Under the pieces are notes generated by a model. That model was not told where the DNA came from and did no database searches. It saw only the letters and a program-made list of their open reading frames with translations. This document shows, piece after piece, positions 20,026 to 30,734 of a stretch of 64,000 bases of DNA (its first letter is position 1; every line of letters begins with the position of its first letter). The DNA comes from an uncultured Acidobacteriota bacterium (GTDB taxonomy: Bacteria > Acidobacteriota > Thermoanaerobaculia > UBA5066 > Gp7-AA6). The stretch is from NCBI GenBank assembly GCA_963782585.1, contig CAWAKL010000006.1:15982-79981 (forward strand). The letters are read 5' to 3'. The position numbers were made by a program, and so were the translations under genes.

Positions 20026-21857
20026 ATCCGACAGGACAACCGCCGCGACGAACCGCCGAGCGCGGGCGCGGCCCCTCCGGGGGCGGGCCCGTCCATCGGC
20101 GCGCTGGCGTCGCGGTTCAACCAGATGTTTCCGGTCCTGTCCCCCGCCGAGATCGACCGCGTCCGCCGGTTCGGCGAGATCCGGCGGTTCCCGGCCGGCG
20201 AGTTCCTCAGCCGCGACGGGAGAGGCGGTCCCCCCGATGTACGTGATCCTCTCCGGCCGCGTCGCGATCGTTCTCAGGGATGCGCTCGGGCAGGCGCTGT
20301 CCATGGCCACGGTCGCAGCGCAGTTCGGGGCGCCGCTCGAGGAGATGACCGAGGTGGTCCCGGGCGAGGTCATGGCCGAGCTCGGACATCTCTCCGGAAG
20401 GCCGGACGTGAGCGCGATCGATGCCGGGCCGTAGGCGACGTGGAGGCGATCGTCGTCCCGCCCGAGGCGCTGCGAACTCTGCTGGTTGCCGAAGCCGAGC
20501 TCGGCGAGCGCATCCTGCGCGCGCTCATCCTCCGTCGCGTGGCGCTGATCGAGATGGGTTTCGGAGGGCCGGTCATGATCGGGGCCCTCAAGTCACCGGA
20601 CGTGACGCGGCTGTCCGACTTCCTCGAACGCAACGGCATTCCGTTCCGGGTCGTCGATCCTGATGCGCGACCCCGATGCCTCGCCGCTGCTCGCGCGCTA
20701 TGCGCCCGAGCCAGGAGAGCTCCCGGTCGTGGTTCTGCCGGGCGGGGCGGTACTCAGGAATCCGACGAAGCAGGAGCTGGCGCGGGCCCTCGGCCTCGTG
20801 GCGACCGGGTTCCGCTCCGAGCCGTACGACGTGGCGATCGTCGGCGCGGGCCCGGCCGGGCTCGCGACGGCGGTCTACGGTGCGTCCGAGGGCCTCTCGA
20901 TCCTGGTCCTGGAAAAGTCCGCGTTCGGAGGACAGGCCGGCGCCAGCGCGCGCATCGAGAACTACCTGGGCTTTCCGACCGGCGTGTCGGGGCAGGCGCT
21001 GATGGGGCGCGCGTTCACGCAGGCCCAGAAATTCGGGGCCGAGTTCAGCCTGTCTACCGAGGTCACGCGGCTGGACCGCACGTCGGAGAGCTCGGGCCCC
21101 GATCCCGTGCACATCCTCGAGCTTGCCGACGGCCGGCGGGTTCGGGCGCGCGCGGTCGTGGTCGCCACCGGCGCGCTCTATCGCCGACCGGAGATTCCGA
21201 ACCTGGCGCAGTTCGAGGGCCGCGGCGTCTCGTACTGGGCCTCGCCGGCCGAGGCCCGACTGTGCCGCAACGAGGACGTGGATCTCGTGGGCGGAGGAAA
21301 CTCGGCGGGCCAGGCGGCCGTGTTCCTGGCGAGCCACGCGCGTCAGGTGCGCGTGCTCGTGCGCGGGCCCGGCCTCTCGAGCACGATGTCGCGCTACCTC
21401 ATCGATCGAATCGCGGCCGCACCGAACATCGCGATTCTCTGCGATACCGAGGTCGTCGAGCTCCTCGGCGCACCCGAACAGCGGTCTGAACGGCGTGCGC
21501 TGCCGCAACAGGCGCACGGGTGCCGAGGAGCAGCACGCCATCGCCCACCTGTTCCTCTTCACCGGCGCCGATCCGGCAGCGAGCTGGCTCACCGGCTGCG
21601 GCGTTCCCCTCGACGAGAAAGGCTTCGTCCGAACCGGCGGCGACGTGGGTTCGACCGAGCGAATACCGCTGCCACTCGAGACCGGGGTCGAGGGCATCTT
21701 CGCGGTCGGCGACGTCCGTTGCGGCTCCGTGAAGCGTGTGGGGGCGGCCATCGGGGAGGGGGCGGCGGTCGTCGCGCAGCTCCACACCTTCCTCGCCCGG
21801 CGGGGCTCTGCGTCTGGTGCGGCATTCGCTCCCAGGCAGGAAACCGCTGCGTCCTGA
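20026..21857 (+). CDS. Cyclic-nucleotide-binding domain plus thioredoxin-reductase-like FAD oxidoreductase (about 4 frameshifts; start uncertain)
   Basis: QMFPVLS..cNMP segment, IVGAGPAGL, SARIENYLGFPTG, VGGGNSAGQA and GDVRCGSVKRV, spread over successive frames. Confidence 0.85.
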
Positions 21858-21922
21858 CCGGCGGGCGAGCGCGGGACTCGCATGGAGGAGAAGGCGAGAC
21901 GACCGGAGGCGGGCCTCCGCGG

Positions 21923-22843
21923 TCAGAGAAACTGGAGGAGTGCGTCGGTGGTTTGTTTGGGCTGTTCCTCGAGGATCCAGTGACCGGCGTCCTTCAGCAC
22001 CACGACCTTGACGTCCGTGCCCACGAGCCGGGCCTGTTCGCCGAGCTCCTTCCCAAGCGACTTTTCTCCGCCGATCGAGAGAACGGGCATGGTCAGCTTG
22101 GTTCGAGCCAGTCGCGCGAAGTCTTCGGCCGTCTTCGGAAAGGAAGCGAAGTAGGCCCATCCCGCTTGCATACGACCCGGCCGCGAGTATGCCGCGGTGT
22201 AGGCGGAGCGATCGGCCTCGGGAAGGGATCGATCCTTGTTCGCCGCAAAATCGTTCCAGTAGTGGTCGAAGTACGTCCTCTCTCGTCCTTTGACCAGGGC
22301 TTCCGGTGTCGGGCCGTGGAATCGGAAATGCCAGAACCCGGGGTTGTCGTAGATCGCTTCCCAACCAGCGACCCCGGGCAGGAAAGCGTCCATCAGAACC
22401 AGCTTCGTGACTTCCGACGGGTACTGAGCGGTGTAGGCAAAGGCGACCATCAACCCGATGTCGTGGCCAACCACCCTCACGTTCGAGATTCCGAGCGATT
22501 TGGCGAGCCCGTGAATGGATCTCGCCGCGGTCGACATGTCGATCTCGCCTGCCGGAATACCCGAGTCGCCGATGCCCGGGAGGTCCGGCGCGACGACGGT
22601 GAAGCGCTCTGCGAGCAGGGGAATGATCGGGCGCCACATCCGCGACGTCTCAGCGTACCCGTGGAGCAGAAGGACTGCAGGACCCTGGCCGGCCTTCAAG
22701 AAGTGAATCGTTTGCCCGTCGACGACCTCAGTGCGCGAGTCGATGCCGGCGGTCCGGGCCCCGGCCTCGTTGCCGGCGCCGAGCCCGACGCAAACGAGAA
22801 AGGCGACCATCAGGTTTCGGACGTTTCTGGGCGAGAACTCCAT
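21923..22843 (-). CDS. Secreted alpha/beta hydrolase (epoxide hydrolase-like)
   Basis: Signal peptide; LLHGY, PDLPGIGDS, GHDIG (Asp nucleophile) and GHWILEE motifs. Confidence 0.9.
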   Translation of the reverse strand: MEFSPRNVRNLMVAFLVCVGLGAGNEAGARTAGIDSRTEVVDGQTIHFLKAGQGPAVLLLHGYAETSRMWRPIIPLLAERFTVVAPDLPGIGDSGIPAGEIDMSTAARSIHGLAKSLGISNVRVVGHDIGLMVAFAYTAQYPSEVTKLVLMDAFLPGVAGWEAIYDNPGFWHFRFHGPTPEALVKGRERTYFDHYWNDFAANKDRSLPEADRSAYTAAYSRPGRMQAGWAYFASFPKTAEDFARLARTKLTMPVLSIGGEKSLGKELGEQARLVGTDVKVVVLKDAGHWILEEQPKQTTDALLQFL

Positions 22844-22890
22844 AGATTCCCCCTCGAGATGATGACGAGAAGACCCACCGACGGCGGTCG

Positions 22891-23382
22891 TCACTGTGGT
22901 TTCTTCGGCTCGTGTGCGGCGTCGACGTAGACCGTGTCGGTCGGCCCGAAGCCGGAGATCTGGACCACGGCCGATTCGTCGCCGGTGCGGGCGAAATGCG
23001 CGAGGCCGCCGGGCTCCGAATACACGCTTCCGGGCGGCAGCGCCTTCAGGGCCTTGGCGTCGAAGGCGCGGCCGTAGCCGAACTCCCACTTCCCGGAGAC
23101 CACGGTTGCGATGCGGTCGTCACGATGGGAGTGCGCCTGGATCGTGGTACGCGCGGGAACGGAGAGGAGAATCGAAAAGAAGCCGGCTTGCTCCGGGTCG
23201 CCGTAGAGCACCGTGGTGCGGACGCCCGGCAGCTTGGAGCTGCCAACCTGGCTCTGGCCGACCGCCATGGCCGCGACCTCGGCCGGTGTCATCCGCATCT
23301 CGGCCAGCGGAGAAGCCCCGAACAGTTGCGTCGTCAGAAGGACGGAGATGGCCCCCGCGAGTGCGCGTGGTCGGCTGTGCAT
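22891..23382 (-). CDS. Secreted cupin-domain protein
   Basis: AHSHRDDR..VVSG and YSEPGGLAHF cupin motifs; signal peptide. Confidence 0.85.
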   Translation of the reverse strand: MHSRPRALAGAISVLLTTQLFGASPLAEMRMTPAEVAAMAVGQSQVGSSKLPGVRTTVLYGDPEQAGFFSILLSVPARTTIQAHSHRDDRIATVVSGKWEFGYGRAFDAKALKALPPGSVYSEPGGLAHFARTGDESAVVQISGFGPTDTVYVDAAHEPKKPQ

Positions 23383-23438
23383 GAAGCCTCCGGACACGGA
23401 CTGTATCCCCGAAGTGCCCTGGGCGTTCTCGGCTCAGC

Positions 23439-23471
23439 GGCAGACAGGTACCGAAGGCAGACGGGTATCGA
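23439..23471. repeat. Tandem 16-bp direct repeat, candidate regulator site
   Basis: GGCAGACAGGTACCGA and GGCAGACGGGTATCGA (14/16 identical, 17-bp period) in a divergent intergenic region. Confidence 0.5.
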
Positions 23472-23525
23472 CCGGCGGGGAGACTGGTTCGCTGGAAGTT
23501 CGTGTGGCTGAGCTAGGGTCCGCCT

Positions 23526-23738
23526 GTGGCGCATTCGATGACGGAGATTCGTTGCCCCAACTGCGGCCAGTGGACGCCAGTTTGGACCGGGTTGATCGGG
23601 AACCTGGACGCCGTGGTGCGATGTGCGCACCGAGGATGCCGGATCGGGTTCGATCGGCGCGGAGCTGCGACCAGGCTCGAAGCGCCGCTCGAGGTCACTC
23701 GACCTTCCACCAACGCTCCGGCGAAAAAGGAGCCATAG
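23526..23738 (+). CDS. Putative small zinc-ribbon-like protein
   Basis: IRCPNCGQW...VRCAHRGC; TAGGGT 6 nt before the GTG start. Confidence 0.5.
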   Translation: MAHSMTEIRCPNCGQWTPVWTGLIGNLDAVVRCAHRGCRIGFDRRGAATRLEAPLEVTRPSTNAPAKKEP

Positions 23739-23749
23739 GTCCGCGACCC

Positions 23750-23947
23750 TCACTCAGTCTTCCGCTTCCTCCTGGGCTGCCGGGTTGGTTGCCCGGAGCT
23801 CTCCGAGCCTGCGAAGACCCAGGTCTTCGCGCTGCAGCCTGGCTCGGCACAACGGAGCGTCAACCGGCGGCGCGGGCCTTCACTTGCCTCAGCCGGTAGC
23901 TCGGTGAGGTTCTCGTGCCCCTGAGCGCAACGCCACGGGTGGACCAT
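23750..23947 (-). CDS. Putative small zinc-ribbon-like protein with basic tail
   Basis: WRCAQGH...LRCAEPGC...RRKRK. Confidence 0.5.
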   Translation of the reverse strand: MVHPWRCAQGHENLTELPAEASEGPRRRLTLRCAEPGCSAKTWVFAGSESSGQPTRQPRRKRKTE

Positions 23948-24042
23948 GGCGGAGAGCCTTTCGCCCCGATGCGAAGCCGACGTGAAGATCCCAGCCGCAG
24001 CCAGTGGTAGTTTCCGAGAAGGCGCGTCAGGAAGGAGCTGGG

Positions 24043-24726
24043 ATGGCTACGAAAGCGGTGGTTCTTGTGCACGGCGGCTTCGTCGACGGGTCCGGCTGGG
24101 AAGGCGTCTACAAGATCCTGAGGAAGGAAGGCTACAAGGTTGGCGTCGTCCAGAACCCGACGACGTCGCTCGCCGACGATGTCGCCACCACACGGCGCGT
24201 TGTGGCTTCGATGGGCGAGCCGGTCGTCCTCGTCGGCCACTCCTACGGTGGCGCCGTCATTACCGAGGCCGGTACGGACCCGAAGGTCGCGGGCCTCGTC
24301 TACATTACGGCATTCGCTCCGGATCAGGGCGAGTCGGTGCAGACGCTCATCAAGGATCCGCCACCGGGAGCTCCGGTGCCACCGATCCTGCCTCCCCAGG
24401 ACGGATTTCTCCTCCTCGATCGGACGAAGTTCGCCGCGTCCTTCGCCGCGGACGTGGACGCCGAGCAAGCCGCGTTCATGGCGGATTCCCAGGTGCCATG
24501 GGGCGTCGAAGCCCTCAGCGGGGCGATCACGAAGCCGGCCTGGAAAGCGAAGAAGAGCTGGTACCTGGCGGCGACCGACGACAGGATGATTCCCGTCTCC
24601 GCCCAGCGACAAATGGCAAAGCGCGCCGGCTCGGTGGTGACGGAGGTCGGCGGGAGTCACGCGATCTACGTTTCGAACCCGAAGGCGGTCGCGGACGTCA
24701 TCATGAAGGCCGCCAAAGAAGTCTGA
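24043..24726 (+). CDS. Alpha/beta hydrolase
   Basis: VLVHGGF, GHSYGG, DRMIP and SHAIYVS motifs; AAGGAG RBS. Confidence 0.92.
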   Translation: MATKAVVLVHGGFVDGSGWEGVYKILRKEGYKVGVVQNPTTSLADDVATTRRVVASMGEPVVLVGHSYGGAVITEAGTDPKVAGLVYITAFAPDQGESVQTLIKDPPPGAPVPPILPPQDGFLLLDRTKFAASFAADVDAEQAAFMADSQVPWGVEALSGAITKPAWKAKKSWYLAATDDRMIPVSAQRQMAKRAGSVVTEVGGSHAIYVSNPKAVADVIMKAAKEV

Positions 24727-24833
24727 TCGTGTTCCAAAGCGCCGACCCGGACTATTTCATTGCACACGTCGACGTGACGCGAATCAGCGAGTACCGGGTC
24801 GCGGCGGCGAAGTTGACGGGCGAAGCATCGCTC
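24727..24833 (+). pseudogene. Internal remnant of an enoyl-CoA hydratase gene
   Basis: Encodes VFQSADPDYFIAHVDVTRISEYRVAAAKLTGEASL, matching 29609-29716; no start and no C-terminal part. Confidence 0.9.
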
Positions 24834-24897
24834 CAAGGAATCGAGCATCCCGTGGTCTGAGTTTGCTGATAGGTTTCTGTGGACGCACGGAGGACCC

Positions 24898-25528
24898 ATG
24901 CCAGACGATCCGTCATCGGGCCCCGCGAAACCGACGCGCCGGGCTTTCCTTCCGCTCCACGGGAACGTCGGCCGCAGCCGCGATCGTCGTGGCGTCCGTG
25001 CCGGCGACGCTGCCGCGCAGGCTTCCCCCGCTGCAGCCGTGGCCGAAGCGCCGAGCATCGAGGGGACGGTTGCCGTGACGCTGCGAATCAACGGCCAGAG
25101 TCGGACGCTTCGGGTCGATCCGCGGGCCAGCCTCCTCGATTGCATCCGCGAGACCGTGGCCCTGACCGGGACGAAGAAGGGCTGCGATCACGGGCAGTGC
25201 GGCGCCTGCACGGTGCACGTGAACGGCCGGCGCGTGAACTCGTGCCTCACGCTGGCCCTGATGCACGACGGCGACGAGATCACGACGATCGAGGGGCTGG
25301 GCACGCCCGACGCCCTGCATCCCATGCAGGCCGCGTTCGTGGCGACGGACGGGTACCAGTGCGGCTACTGCACGTCCGGGCAGATCATGTCGGCCGTCGC
25401 GCTGCTCAAGGAGCCGTGCGGTCCGGACGACGCGGCCGTGAAGGAGCTGATGAGCGGCAACATCTGCCGGTGCGGCGCGTACGCCGAACATCGTGGCCGC
25501 GATCCAGCAGGTGCGCCAGAACGCCTAG
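24898..25528 (+). CDS. paoA: Aldehyde oxidoreductase 2Fe-2S subunit, PaoA/YagT-like (frameshifts)
   Basis: TRRAFL Tat-like motif; GTKKGCDHGQCGACT, QCGYCTSGQ and GNICRCGAY. Confidence 0.9.
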
Positions 25529-25546
25529 GCGCGAGGGGAGCGAACC

Positions 25547-26565
25547 ATGCACACCTTCGAATTCGTTCGGCCTCCGGATCGCCAACGCCGCGATCGGCGA
25601 TGGCCTCGAAGGCGAGGACGCGCGCAGCAGGGCGCGGACGTCCGGTTCGTCGCCGGCGGGACGACGCTCCTCGATCTGATGAAGCTGAACGTCGAGACGC
25701 CCGGCCGGCTGCTCGACATCAACCGTCTGCCCTGCGGAAGGATCGAAGCGACGCCGGACGGCGGGCTGACGATCGGCGCGACGGTTCGCAACTCGGACCT
25801 TGCGCTACCACTCCGGCGGTGCAAGCGGGACTACGCCGTCCTGTCGCAGGCGATTCTCTCGGGCGCGTCGGCGCAGCTGCGCAACATGGCCACCACGGCC
25901 GGCAATCTGCTCCAGCGGACGCGCTGCGTGTACTTCCGCGACACGGCGATGCCCTGCAACAAGCGCGAGCCCGGGACCGGCTGTCCCGCCATCACAGGGG
26001 CCAATCGCATGCTCGCCGTACTCGGCACGAGCGACCAGTGCATCGCGACCAACCCGTCGGACATGTGCGTGGCGATGGCGGCGCTGGAGGCCACGATCCA
26101 CGTGCAGGGGCCGAAGGGGAAACGCGCGATCCCTTTCGCCGACTTCCACCTCCTGCCGGGAGCACGCCGAGCCGCGAGACCGTGCTCGAGCCGGGGGACC
26201 TGATCACGCACGTCGACGCTGCCCCCGCCCGTCGCGGGGAGCAAGCAGGTCTATCTCAAGCTGCGCGACCGGGCGTCCTACGAGTTCGCCCTGGCGTCGG
26301 CGGCCGTCGTGCTCGACGCGTGGCGGCGGGAAAAGTGACTCGGGCGCGCATCGCGCTGGGCGGCGTCGGAACCAAGCCCTGGCGATCACCCGAGGCCGAA
26401 GCAGCGCTCGTCGGACAGACGGCGGACGCGGCGAACTTCCGCAAGGCGGGGGAGGCGGCCATGCGCGGCGCCAGGCCCCAGAGCGAGAACGGTTTCAAGA
26501 TCGAGCTCGCGAAGCGCTGTCGTCGCGCACGCGCTGCAAACGGCCGCGACGGCTTGACCTTCTAA
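25547..26565 (+). CDS. paoB: Aldehyde oxidoreductase FAD subunit, PaoB/YagS-like (multiple frameshifts)
   Basis: [47 protein letters not shown] and [11 protein letters not shown] motifs. Confidence 0.88.
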
Positions 26566-26575
26566 AGGACACCGC

Positions 26576-28841
26576 ATGTCAACGGCACAAGGAACCCCGC
26601 CGACGTCACCGATCGGTCGGAGCACGCCGCGCGTGGATGGCCCGCTGAAAGTCAGCGGGAAGGCGCAGTACTGCTCCGATTTCCACTTCCCCGGCCAGCT
26701 CTATGCCGTTCCCGTCGAGGCGACGATCACGAGCGGGCGGGTGGTCAAGCTCGACACGTCCGCCGCGGAGAAGATGCCGGGCGTTCGCGCGATCTTCCAC
26801 CGCACGAACATCGGGCCCATCTTTCGCTCGACCCTCGGGCCCGGGATTCGCCGGCATCGTCGACGAACGCCGCCCCCCGTTCGAGGACGACGTCGTCCGC
26901 TACTGGGGCCAGTACATCGCCCTCGCCGTCGCCGATACGTCCGAAAACGCCAGGGCCGCCGCGGCCGCGGTCCGAGCGACTTACGCGAAGGACAAGTTCA
27001 ACGTCGATTTGGACCTCCAACCCGACGACGAGCCCGACGAGGTGCCCGACGACCGTCGGAACGGTCAAGCGGCTGCAGAGCCAGCGAGGAAATGTCGAGA
27101 GCGGCTTCGCTTCGGCCTCCGCCAAGCTCGACCAGACCTACGTGACGCCCACCGAAACCCACAATCCGATCGAGCTTCAGGGCACGACGGCGATCTGGGA
27201 TGGCCAGAAGCTGACGATCTACGAGGAGTCCCAGGGCATCTTCAATCTGCGAGGAGTCCTCGCTCAGATGTTCGGCCTGCCGAAGGAAAACGTAGAGGTC
27301 ATCACGCGGTTCGTCGGCTCGGGCTTCGGCAGCAAGCTTTGGCCCTGGACGCATTGTGCGCTCGCCGTTGCCGCGGCGCGGCAGCTGAAGAAGCCGGTCA
27401 AGCTCGTCATCAGCCGCAGGATGATGTTCGAGACGGTGGGGCATCGTCCCCGCACCCAGCAGCGAGTGCGCATCGGCGCGGCGACCGACGGAAAGCTCGT
27501 CTCGCTCCAGCACGACTACGTCAACGCGCAGGCCATCCTCGACGACTATCACGAGGACTGCGGCGAGTCGACGGCGTTCATGTACAGCGTGCCCAACCTG
27601 CGGGTCGCGTTCGGCCGCGCGCGTCGGAACGTCGGCTCGCCGACGTCCATGCGCGGCCCCGGAGCCGTCCCCGGGCTCTATGCCACCGAGTCGGCGATGA
27701 ACGAGCTGGCCGACCAGCTCAAGATCGATCCGGTTCAGCTCCGCAGGATCAACGAACCGAAGATCGACGAGTCGCTGGGCATACCGTTCTCGTCACGTCA
27801 CCTGATCGAGTGCTACGACCTCGGCGCGGAGAAGTTCGGCTGGTCGAAGCGCAACCCCCAGGTCGGCTCGATGAGGCGCGACGGACTGATCCTCGGCTGG
27901 GGGATGGCCAGTGCGGCGTGGATCGCGGCGCGGTTCGCCGCGGAGGCCAGCGTCCAGCTTCGGGACGACGGCACGGCCCGCGTGGCGTCGGGCACGCAGG
28001 ACATCGGAACCGGGACGTACACGATCCTCGCGCAACTGGCATCCCAGAAGACGGGCGTGCCGGTCGACAAGGTCGAGGTGGCGCTCGGCGACACGACGCT
28101 TCCGGCAGGCCCGATCTCGGGCGGTTCGATGGTGACCGGCTCGATGGTTCCGGCCGTCTTCGAGGCCGGCGGACAAGGCCATCGCATCGCTGGTGACGGT
28201 CGCCACGACGACGCCGGGGTCGCCCTTCCAGAACCGCAAGCCGGAAGAGCTGAAGTTCGAAGGCGGCCGCCTCTTCGTGAAGGCCGACGGTCCGGTCGCG
28301 GGCGTGCCGTTCGGCGGATCTGCTCCGCCGCGCCAATCTCCGGGTGGTCACCGGCAACGGACGATCGGAGCGAGGATTCGGCGATCCCACGCCGAAGTTC
28401 TCGACGCGCTCGTTCGGCAGCCCAGTTCGTCGAAGTCACCTGGCAGCCCGAGATCGCCCGGCTGCGGGTCAGCCGGGTCGTGACCGTCATCGATGCGGGA
28501 CGGATCGTGAACCCTCTCGCCGGCCGAAACCAGATCGAGGGAGGGGTCGTGTTCGGGATCGGGATGGCACTGTTCGAGCACACGACCTACGACCCGCAGA
28601 ACGGCGCGCCCATCAACGCCAGCCTGGCGGACTACATCGTGCCGGTCAACGCCGACGTGCCGCCGATCGAAGTGCACTTCCTCGATTTTCCGGACAAGGC
28701 GCATCAACGAAATCGGCGCCCGCGGGATCGGCGAGATCGGCACGGCGGGCGTGGCGGCGGCGATCACCGGCGGCCGTCTACCACGCGACGGGCGTGCGGG
28801 TGCGGGAACTGCCGGTGAAGATCGAAGATCTGTTGACGTAG
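26576..28841 (+). CDS. paoC: Aldehyde oxidoreductase molybdopterin subunit, PaoC/YagR-like (multiple frameshifts)
   Basis: RVDGPLKVSG, HNPIE, GSGFGSK, MRGPG, QDIGTG, NQIEGG and ATGVRVRELP across several frames. Confidence 0.9.
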
Positions 28842-28874
28842 CGGCGCAACCCAGGGCACAGAGGGAGGGAGGAC

Positions 28875-29301
28875 ATGAAGCGCAAGGCGTCGGTTCAGTG
28901 GCAGGGCGATCTCAAGGCGGGGAAGGGCACGGTGTCGACGGAGAGCGGCGTCCTGAACGACACGCCCTACTCGTTCGCGAAACGGTTCGGCGAAGAGAAG
29001 GGAACCAATCCCGAAGAGCTCGTCGCCGCCGCCCACGCCAGTTGCTTCACGATGGCTGTGTCGGCCGAGCTCGGGAAGGCCAACCTGGTGCCCGAGCGGC
29101 TCGCGCACCACCTGCACCGTCACGCTCGACAAGGCGGACGGAGGCTGGAGCATCACCGAATCGCACCTGGAGCTGACGGCGAAAGTGCCGGGGGCTTCGG
29201 AGGAGTCCTTTCGCAAGGCGGCCGAGGCCGCCGAAACCGGCTGCCCGATCTCGAAGCTCTTCAAAGCGAAGATCACGCTGGATGCCCGGCTCGAGCCTTG
29301 A
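28875..29301 (+). CDS. osmC: OsmC peroxiredoxin (frameshift near 29105)
   Basis: [26 protein letters not shown], then GCPISKL in a shifted frame. Confidence 0.9.
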
Positions 29302-29451
29302 GACCTCGTGCCCAACCAGGTGTGGTCCCGCACCGACCCCGAGAGGCTTCGATGAGTCAAGGTGGCGAGCTGCCGCGGTGAGCGTTCCACGACGACGGCT
29401 TGAGCACCGCAACCGCTCCGGTATCGGCCGCAACGAGTAGGAGAACCCGCC

Positions 29452-30277
29452 ATGCCGATGGATTTCGAGACGCTTCGCGTTCGCGAGGAGGGAGCGGTTG
29501 TGTTCGCCGAGATCACGGCGCCGCCCATGAATCTCCTGGGTCCCGAGATGGTCCGCGACCTGGTCTCCCTCATTCAGCAAGCGGAGGCCGACCGCGCCGT
29601 TCACGTGCTCGTGTTCCAGAGCGCCGATCCGGACTACTTCATCGCCCACGTGGATGTGACACGGATCAGCGAGTATCGGGACGCGGCAGCGAAGTTGACC
29701 GGAGAAGCGTTCGCTCGGCCTCCTGTTTCGATATCTGAGCGCCAGCCGCCTCATCACCATCGCCCAGATCGAAGGACGGGTGCGCGGCGCCGGCAGCGAG
29801 TTCGTGCTGGCGTGTGACATGCGCTTCGCGGCGCGGGAGTCGGCGATCTTCGGCCAGCCGGAGCAGGGGCTGGGGCTGATTCCGGGAGCGGGCGGTATCC
29901 AGCACCTGACGCGCCTGATGGGTCGCGGGCGGGCGCTCGAGGTCGTGTTGAGCGGGGAGGACTATGACGCCGATCTAGCCGAACGGTATGGCTGGATCAA
30001 TCGGGCGATGCCCGCCGAGGCCCTCGCCGAATTCGTTCGATCCCTCGCTCATCGGATCGCCGCGTTCCCGACGGCCGGCCAGGCCGTGGCCAAGGAGCGC
30101 GTCAACGCGATCGCGCTGGCTCCTGCCGATGACTTTCGTCGCGACTCTGACCTTTTCGTCCAATGCGCACGGGACCCCGAGGCACAGGCCCGGACCGGTG
30201 CCGCGATGAAGCGCGGTCTCCAGACCCGAGACGCGGAGATGGCCCTGGGCCGCATGCTGGGCTCTCTGAAGGAGTGA
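29452..30277 (+). CDS. Enoyl-CoA hydratase/isomerase family protein (frameshift at about 29710)
   Basis: PPMNLLG, FIAHVD, GAGSEFVLACDMRF, QPE..GLIPG and AERYGWINRA motifs. Confidence 0.9.
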
Positions 30278-30325
30278 GGTGAAGCCCGTTCGGAATATCG
30301 GCTGGATTGAATAAAGGGGGTCCGC

Positions 30326-30721
30326 ATGAACCGACTCATGACTGTCACCTCGCTGCTCGTCGCCAGCGCAGTCGCCCAGCAAGTGGCGCGGGGGCAGCAG
30401 TTGGGAGTCAAGCGCACCGATCTCCAGCGGCACGATCTAAGCATTCCCGGTCGCGAGGTCGTCCAGGCCCTCGTCGAGATCGCGCCGGGAGTGGTGGCCC
30501 CCAGACACTCGCATCCGGGCGAAGAGATCATTTACGTCGTCGAAGGCGTGCTGGAGTACCAGCTCGACGGCAAGCCCGCGGTGACGCTCAAGGCCGGCGA
30601 GGTGCTGTTCGTCCCTGCCGGAGTCATCCACGCGGCGAAGAATGTCGGCGCCGGGAACGGGGCCGAGCTCGCAACGTACATCGTCGAAAAGGGAAAGCCA
30701 CTCGTCGTGATCGCCAAGTGA
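30326..30721 (+). CDS. Secreted cupin-domain protein
   Basis: RHSHPGEE..YVVEG and VPAGVIH motifs. Confidence 0.9.
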   Translation: MNRLMTVTSLLVASAVAQQVARGQQLGVKRTDLQRHDLSIPGREVVQALVEIAPGVVAPRHSHPGEEIIYVVEGVLEYQLDGKPAVTLKAGEVLFVPAGVIHAAKNVGAGNGAELATYIVEKGKPLVVIAK

Positions 30722-30734
30722 CGGCAAGAGGAGG

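Noticed and set aside
23957-23969. CCTTTCGCCCCGA resembles the expected tRNA-Pro 3' end (possible att copy)
   Set aside because: Only 12/13 nt in GC-rich DNA with no integrase nearby; cannot be distinguished from chance.
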